DNA of 64,000 nucleotides from a virus. Where the stretch lies: positions 31,141 to 95,140 of IMG/VR virus record IMGVR_UViG_3300049847_000416. One strand, written 5' to 3'. The notes beneath the pieces were generated by a model. The model saw only the letters and a program-made list of their open reading frames with translations. It ran no database searches and was not told the DNA's origin. Made by a program: the position numbers and the translations under genes. Below, piece by piece: positions 58,488 to 64,000 of this stretch (the first letter of the stretch is position 1; every line of letters begins with the position of its first letter).

Positions 58488-58928
58488 TTACTCCTGTGGG
58501 ATTGAGAGCTTATGCTCGCGTGCAAAAGCGGTTAGTTGGGCCCGTAGCTCCCGTAGAGGATACTTGGCCATGGCGCAAGAGTCATGGATGGCTTGCAAAG
58601 CGTTGAGGCACTCTGTGGGGATAGCCTCAAGCGCGCGTTGGACATCCCCAAAGTTGGCGCATAGATGCCACACGGAGGTATCCACATGCGGTTGATGCAA
58701 CTCATTTTGCTCCCAGTCCCGGATGTACTTGCGCAATTGCGGATCGTCGATGAGGCATCCGATTGCACATCCCCGCGATTGGTGCACCTCGTGGTCCGAT
58801 GGTACATATAGGCACGTGCAATATTGTCCCGGTCTCACGTTGACAGCTACCGAGATAGCGCGCTTATCAACGATAAAGTTAGTCCAGATCGCATCAAAAG
58901 CGCTTTGTAGGGTGTAGACAGTCTGCAT
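58488..58928 (-). CDS. Cys-motif phage protein, paralog of 41440-41847
   Basis: 'AFDAIW...CLY...GCAIGCLID...LQAIHD'. Confidence 0.75.
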   Translation of the reverse strand: MQTVYTLQSAFDAIWTNFIVDKRAISVAVNVRPGQYCTCLYVPSDHEVHQSRGCAIGCLIDDPQLRKYIRDWEQNELHQPHVDTSVWHLCANFGDVQRALEAIPTECLNALQAIHDSCAMAKYPLRELRAQLTAFAREHKLSIPQE

Positions 58929-59000
58929 TGGTGTTAGCTCCTGATTCAAGATTAGCGGATCGGGGTTTACCGTTCAATCCGGTGAAACCCCTAGGTGACC

Positions 59001-59381
59001 TTAGTGGTAGATCCGTCCATCGTCCCCTACGTACAGATCAAATGATCCGCTTGCTTTTGCCGCGTTGTCTAGCGCGGTAGCGGATGGCTCCTGATAGTCG
59101 CCGTCCCAGTATCCGCACCCGTGACCGCAACGAGTCAGCCAGTAGTCATGGCCATAAGTCCCTAACCAATCCCGATCTGGTAATCGTAGCAGGTTATCCT
59201 GTGTGATGTGGTCATCCATCGCCCGCTGAAACTTATCGCAGTCCGCGACCATTGCGGCAAGCGTATCAGGCGCAATATCCTCAATGCCGTAGTTTGCGTC
59301 TAAGTGTTCATCATTGTTGTCTGTACTACTCCACAGAGCACACGTGATGTAACCCTGTGTGAAACTATCTAGGCTAATCAT
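59001..59381 (-). CDS. phage hypothetical protein
   Basis: 'YITCALWSS...GHDYWLTR.GHG.GYWD...YVGDDG.IY'. Confidence 0.75.
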   Translation of the reverse strand: MISLDSFTQGYITCALWSSTDNNDEHLDANYGIEDIAPDTLAAMVADCDKFQRAMDDHITQDNLLRLPDRDWLGTYGHDYWLTRCGHGCGYWDGDYQEPSATALDNAAKASGSFDLYVGDDGRIYH

Positions 59382-59446
59382 GTTGTGGTGCTCCAAATTG
59401 CGCGATGAGGAGTAGCAAGCCGATGAGGAGTAGAGCGAGCATGGCC

Positions 59447-59773
59447 TTATTGTTCCCGTACCCGGTCCGCGCAGTGGTAGCAGGCGTGCACTGGCGCGTG
59501 CATGGTATCGTCGTGCACAATGGTTTCCCACGGCGCATGCGTGCAAATTTCGCAGTTGGGCGATGCGAACTCGGCCACCCAGTAAGTAACGCCGTAGGAC
59601 TCCGCCGACTCGAATTCGAGCGCTTTACCAGCGACTACTGAGATAGCCTTTTGGGCATCCTCTAAGCTGGTGTAGTTTCCCGTTGCGGGTGCGGCTGGTC
59701 CATCCGCCTCAGTAACGCGGAAAATACCCTCATCGTTGACCTTGGCGATTTGATAGCAGTAAGTGTTGCTCAT
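59447..59773 (-). CDS. hypothetical protein with C-terminal CxxC pair
   Basis: cassette gene. Confidence 0.65.
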   Translation of the reverse strand: MSNTYCYQIAKVNDEGIFRVTEADGPAAPATGNYTSLEDAQKAISVVAGKALEFESAESYGVTYWVAEFASPNCEICTHAPWETIVHDDTMHAPVHACYHCADRVREQ

Positions 59774-59859
59774 GTCTGTTAGCTCCTGATTTAAGATTAG
59801 CGGATTGGGGTTTACCGATCAATCCGGCGAATACCTTAGGTGACCTTAGATAGTCTGAG

Positions 59860-60429
59860 TTAGCTCCATGCCTCAATGTCTAACGTGATGCCCCAATCTT
59901 TGAGCATCTCAGGAGTCAATTGGTCTAGGGATTCCCCATTCGAATCTTTCGCGTAGATGCCGTGATTGAGGGTGTCGCGGTCGTTCGGCCCGTTCGGGCG
60001 AAAGCCAAAACCTTCGCAAAAGCATTCATTTTCTGGCCATGCATCCGCATCCGGCGTATCAATCGACACCCAACGTAAAAACTGTGGAGCAAGCTTGCCA
60101 TCGGGATAATCGGTAGCATTGTTTACCATCCGCTCGCCGATGGCCGTATGCTCTGTGGCCACCAGCACGGAGGCATCCTTAACCACTTTGATATGCTCCG
60201 TGCGATAGCCGTATTCTTGGCGCAGTTGCTCTACCGTTTCATCCGCTTCCGGAAAAAATTCATCCTCGCAGATTGAGTATGCATCAGTCCAAGTTGCGGC
60301 ACGCGTGATACCACATATGCCTAGGGAGTCTCGTAAGATCCACAGTGGCCCTTGGCCATCATCATAGACTGGGATATCGTGTCCGCCGGCGGTTTTAGCG
60401 CCAATGAGTAGCTCATCCGATTTAATCAT
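59860..60429 (-). CDS. hypothetical protein (cassette gene)
   Basis: follows cassette RBS. Confidence 0.7.
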   Translation of the reverse strand: MIKSDELLIGAKTAGGHDIPVYDDGQGPLWILRDSLGICGITRAATWTDAYSICEDEFFPEADETVEQLRQEYGYRTEHIKVVKDASVLVATEHTAIGERMVNNATDYPDGKLAPQFLRWVSIDTPDADAWPENECFCEGFGFRPNGPNDRDTLNHGIYAKDSNGESLDQLTPEMLKDWGITLDIEAWS

Positions 60430-60500
60430 TTGTTTGGCTCCTGATCTGAGTATGAGGGATTGGGGTCCGCCGTTCAATCCGGCGAATACCTTAGGTGACC

Positions 60501-60779
60501 TTAGAAGCCGTTCTCCTCTTCCTCCTCTTCCAGGTCGAGTACGCGGTTATCGGCGGCGTCCTCATCCTCATAGACTTCCCAGTCCGTACAGTCCAGGTAT
60601 CCGGGGGCAGATAGTCGCACCCCGAAACCGGTTACGATGCCCAACCGCGCATCTTTGTTTCTGGCGTGCTCTAGTATGGCATCCGCACTAAAGTCCTCAT
60701 ACGGGTAGTACGTATCGCCATCATCCTCAAGGATGTACCATTGGGTTTCACACGTTTTTTGGACCTGCATAAAGCTCAT
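60501..60779 (-). CDS. highly acidic small protein
   Basis: 'RLSAPGYLDCTDW', D/E-rich; bounded by two cassettes. Confidence 0.75.
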   Translation of the reverse strand: MSFMQVQKTCETQWYILEDDGDTYYPYEDFSADAILEHARNKDARLGIVTGFGVRLSAPGYLDCTDWEVYEDEDAADNRVLDLEEEEEENGF

Positions 60780-61099
60780 GCTGTGTTGCTCCTGTATCTG
60801 AGGTTAGCGGGTTAGGGTTCCCCGATCAATCCGGCGAAACCCTTAGAAGGGCCTAGAATCCCCAAACAAGGGATGTAATCGGCTGGTGTTGTGTGGTGTT
60901 TGTCATGCCCTTATGATGGCACGTTATTTGATACGAAAGAACGGTACGCCAGTATCACTTTGAAAGTCGATGGTACTGGACTCCCAGCTACAGACTGGCA
61001 ACGGCGGAGGTACTACCTCCATGGGAGTTATCACCGCTACCAAGTGCTCTACTTGAGATGGGGTTAGCTCCGTGATGCTCACGCTATCACGAGTTGATG

Positions 61100-61348
61100 T
61101 CACCCGCATGCCGCTAACCTATCGTTGTATGCTGCGATAGCGGCATCCAAGTCGAGATACTCAGTAGTTATGGGTGCACTCCACTTGTTATCGTAGGTCA
61201 CCAGTACATAGCGCCGATTGGCTGATCTAGCGCCAATGTCGCAGTGTACAATCAACCGGATCGCACGGTATGGCGCGCGTTTTTTGCACGTGGCATAACT
61301 CGCTAGCGTACTGCTAACCGTGGTTTCCAACTCCTCTAGCGTGAGCAT
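61100..61348 (-). CDS. hypothetical protein
   Basis: GGAG RBS. Confidence 0.55.
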   Translation of the reverse strand: MLTLEELETTVSSTLASYATCKKRAPYRAIRLIVHCDIGARSANRRYVLVTYDNKWSAPITTEYLDLDAAIAAYNDRLAACG

Positions 61349-61362
61349 GTAGCTCCCCTTTC

Positions 61363-61515
61363 TCAATCTTTGATCCACCGATGCGTGGTTATCTTGCGCT
61401 CTGTGTCGAGAGCGCTAGTGATCCGCGCTTTGCTGGCGTCCATACTCTTGGCTAATTGGCGTCCGCCAACAATCGCCATAATGGTCATGATTCCAATCAA
61501 AAGTGCTCTCGACAT
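61363..61515 (-). CDS. 50-aa protein with N-terminal hydrophobic helix
   Basis: follows cassette G. Confidence 0.55.
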   Translation of the reverse strand: MSRALLIGIMTIMAIVGGRQLAKSMDASKARITSALDTERKITTHRWIKD

Positions 61516-61610
61516 TTGTTTGCTCCTGATCTAAAGATACCGGATTGATCGATTTCGATCAATCCGGTGAATACCCTAGGGATACCTAGTCCCTAGGGTG
61601 CAAGAGAGAT

Positions 61611-62633
61611 TTAGGACTCCGCCAGCAGCCAGTCCAGATTGGGCGTTGCGATGGTAGGAGTAGCAGGCACGTGGTAGATAGTCTCGGCCTTAACTGGCAT
61701 GCCGTTAGCTGCCAGCGTGATTTGTTCCAGCGCTTGTACCTTGAGTGCATCCGACGATCCAAACATGGCGGATTCCGGGCCGCCAGTACGAAAGTGATCG
61801 GCGTACTCGGTGATGCCGTTGAGGAGATTGTACGCCGTCCCCCGAATCTGGGGAAACGCGTTGTTATCGTTGGAATCCATCCGCGCTAGCACGGATGCAA
61901 TGATGTTGTTACGCCGCGTGCTATCTTTGGCTTTACCATCGGCATCTTTCGTCCTGGGAAACAAGCGATCTATGATCGTTTCCAGGGATTCCCGAGTGAC
62001 TTTGCGAGTCGCCAAAAAACGGAGCTTAGCTTCCATCGTTTGCGATTCGTTGCGGATGCCTACTAGTGCGGCTGTCACGTCGGCCAGTTTGGCGCTTGCA
62101 CTGGCTGTGTGCCGGATCCGCAGAGCGGACGCGGTACGCGCGTTAAGGGCCACTGTGAGTGTATTTTCGCAAACTACCCTCGTGAAAGTCACGCGAAATT
62201 GGAACGACCGCGTACCATCGTGTGAAGTCGCAAACAACAGGTAGGAGTTGCTAACATCACCCGGTACCACTTCAATTTGTGTTGCCATGTTGCACAAGCC
62301 CCAAACGGTTTGGCCCGCGCCAAGTACCCCCGCAGTCTCGAAGTAGGCTCCATCCGCGCCCCCCATCAGTGCATCCAACACAGCTACTCCATCGGCGTGT
62401 TGCATCACTTCGTAGGATTCGCCCACCGTCCCGAGAAACGCGTCAGTGTCAGTGCGAAACGTGCCCCATGCTGCTACTGGTTCGCCGTTCCATTGTAGCT
62501 GGCGTTTCTCGACCACGAACGACATTCCCGGCTGAGCCATTATCTCGGCTGCCGTCATGTAGCGACCGGTTACCGTCCCTAGTTGATGCCATGCCGATTC
62601 GCGGCCAATGTAGGTATTGATGTTGTGAGCCAT
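61611..62633 (-). CDS. DUF932 family phage/plasmid protein
   Basis: 'MAHN...AWHQLG', 'FETAG.L..G..VW', 'SHDGT', 'RVVCENTL', 'IRHT', 'GTAYNLLN.ITEYADH'. Confidence 0.9.
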   Translation of the reverse strand: MAHNINTYIGRESAWHQLGTVTGRYMTAAEIMAQPGMSFVVEKRQLQWNGEPVAAWGTFRTDTDAFLGTVGESYEVMQHADGVAVLDALMGGADGAYFETAGVLGAGQTVWGLCNMATQIEVVPGDVSNSYLLFATSHDGTRSFQFRVTFTRVVCENTLTVALNARTASALRIRHTASASAKLADVTAALVGIRNESQTMEAKLRFLATRKVTRESLETIIDRLFPRTKDADGKAKDSTRRNNIIASVLARMDSNDNNAFPQIRGTAYNLLNGITEYADHFRTGGPESAMFGSSDALKVQALEQITLAANGMPVKAETIYHVPATPTIATPNLDWLLAES

Positions 62634-62758
62634 GTTCTTATCTCTCTCTCTCTTGTCTGAAGGTATTCGGTAGCTCTCTGCCACCTGAAACAATCTTATC
62701 AGATCTGAGAAATCGTGCAAGCGGTAAATCACCTTAGCTGACCTTAGAAACCACTGTG

Positions 62759-62955
62759 GTACCAGCGGTCTATGCTGGCCAGTACTCCGCTCCTACTCCC
62801 TGTTTCCCAGTACCAATGACCTATGCCGGCTAGAACCGGCGTACCATGCCGACGCGTACCAGTACGAACGGTCTACGCCGTCCTAGAACCGGCGTACCAT
62901 GCCTAAGGTAAACCACCTAGAGTACTAAGGCGGTTCCACTATGCGGCCCAGTACC
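62759..62955. repeat. degenerate ~52-bp tandem repeats including exact 21-mer at 62830 and 62883
   Basis: CTAGAACCGGCGTACCATGCC twice; GTAC-N4-GRYCTA three times. Confidence 0.8.
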
Positions 62956-63552
62956 TCCGGCCTACGACTAAGGGGATTCCCCGATGCGCCTCGGGTGTTT
63001 CCCCTAGGCGCATGGTACGCGAGTACCAGCCGCACCCTCCCCTTCCCTGCCTTAGCCGGCCATGGGTTATTCTGTGATGGTTCGATGAACTTTTCTGAAA
63101 ACTTCCAGGGTTGAAAGAAGTAGGAGAAAGCACGCCCAGGGGCGGCGGAAAATTTCTGGTAGTGTGTTTTCTTACACTTAGGCCCTTGCGGAAAATTTCT
63201 GGATGGGGTGGAAGCGGGGATTGATGCTTGGGCTCGGGACGGATGAACTGATCTGAGGCCCTACAACGCGCTGGGGACCGGCAGGGTAGGGAAGGTTCAC
63301 CTGGAGTCTAGCAGTCGCACAGGGGCTTTCTGTGGCTCAAAGAACTGGCACACAGGGCAAGCTGACAGAGCAGTGGGCAGGAAGCGGAAAGAGCACACGC
63401 GCGACCTTCCGGCCATTCTGGTAAACCACGAGACAACAGTTGAGAGCAGCCGCAAAGCAGCCAGAAAATTTCTGCCCTACTGTTTTGTTGCACTTAGCCT
63501 AGTTAGCCCGTGTCAGAAACTTAGTGAGGCCACCGCAGAAAGCAGGCGCTTC

Positions 63553-63774
63553 CTACGCACTATCCCGGAGAATGGTATCCCGTAAGCGCTTGCGAAACGC
63601 TGCGTCATAGGGCTTCGGAGCCAGAATGGCGTCTATGTCCTGCCGTGTGAGCCGGTAATTGCGCTTGCTGTTGCCTTGTCCTCTCGCTCGGCCTGTGGTT
63701 TTCAGGCCCGGAGTGATCGCGTTGTAGATGGTAGCGGCACGAAGGTTATCCAGAGGTCGGTAGATGCTTGCCAT
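63553..63774 (-). CDS. small basic protein, leaderless
   Basis: GGCCTA-TTGACA-17-TATGCT-6nt-ATG. Confidence 0.7.
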   Translation of the reverse strand: MASIYRPLDNLRAATIYNAITPGLKTTGRARGQGNSKRNYRLTRQDIDAILAPKPYDAAFRKRLRDTILRDSA

Positions 63775-64000
63775 GAACCCAGCATACGGCAGGTCGGCAT
63801 GTTTGTCAATAGGCCAAACGCAGAAGAAAACAAACGCCCAGAAAATTTCTCCAGGACTAGGCCAGGGCTTCGAAGCCCGGCCCTCCGCTGTGGGTTTCCA
63901 TGGTTGTTTCAGTCTCAAAGAAGCTGGCACGTTTGTTTCCACGTGGGAAATAAACGCGTCGTCTCGGTCTCCGGCGCTGTGGGGCCGGTGGGCCACGAGG

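Larger units (their letters stand above)
55798..62747 (-). promoter_or_regulatory. nine repeated promoter cassettes (55798-55871, 57481-57557, 57753-57829, 58929-59003, 59774-59848, 60430-60503, 60780-60855, 61516-61588, 62684-62747)
   Basis: CTARGG-N4-CTARGG, then TTG-type -35, 16-17 bp spacer, -10 box, and CAGGAG RBS (RBS absent from the 62684 copy). Confidence 0.88.

Noticed and set aside
57481-61588. Integron attC cassette array
   Set aside because: No RYYYAAC/GTTRRRY core pairs and no integrase; the repeats are explained as promoter plus RBS
1-64000. Stop-codon reassignment; tRNA genes
   Set aside because: Conserved genes are intact under the standard code with all three stops in use; no cloverleaf spotted by eye (not scanned computationally)

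Overview
This is a 64-kb segment of a tailed dsDNA phage (Caudoviricetes, HK97-type head). The host is probably Acidobacteriota (inference). The left arm (1-31.7 kb, minus strand) carries the head and packaging genes: major capsid, prohead protease, gpF-like protein, amidase, portal, a phage sigma factor and an intein-containing TerL. It also carries nucleotide metabolism genes (intein-containing ThyX, dCMP deaminase, a DUF5664-like diphosphohydrolase) and a cluster of signal-peptide-bearing, Cys-paired proteins, including a ~2,500-aa repeat protein. The right arm (31.8-55 kb, plus strand) has many small accessory genes, several paralog families, a stand-alone ClpB-like AAA+ domain, a DUF4942 methyltransferase and an HNH nuclease. 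The 55-63 kb region (minus strand) is an array of small genes, each unit fronted by a repeated ~75-bp stop-to-start promoter cassette. The main new observations are: (1) late-expressed, apparently Sec-exported, disulfide-paired virion-like proteins; (2) a ~470-nt highly structured candidate ncRNA with its own promoter and terminator at the divergence point; (3) three readable promoter classes (early cassette, leaderless class, late CGATnnTA); (4) a palindromic 9-mer GAAAWTTTC found at least 26 times. No polymerase, helicase, integrase, tRNA or CRISPR array was recognised. All calls come from reading motifs by eye; no searches were run.
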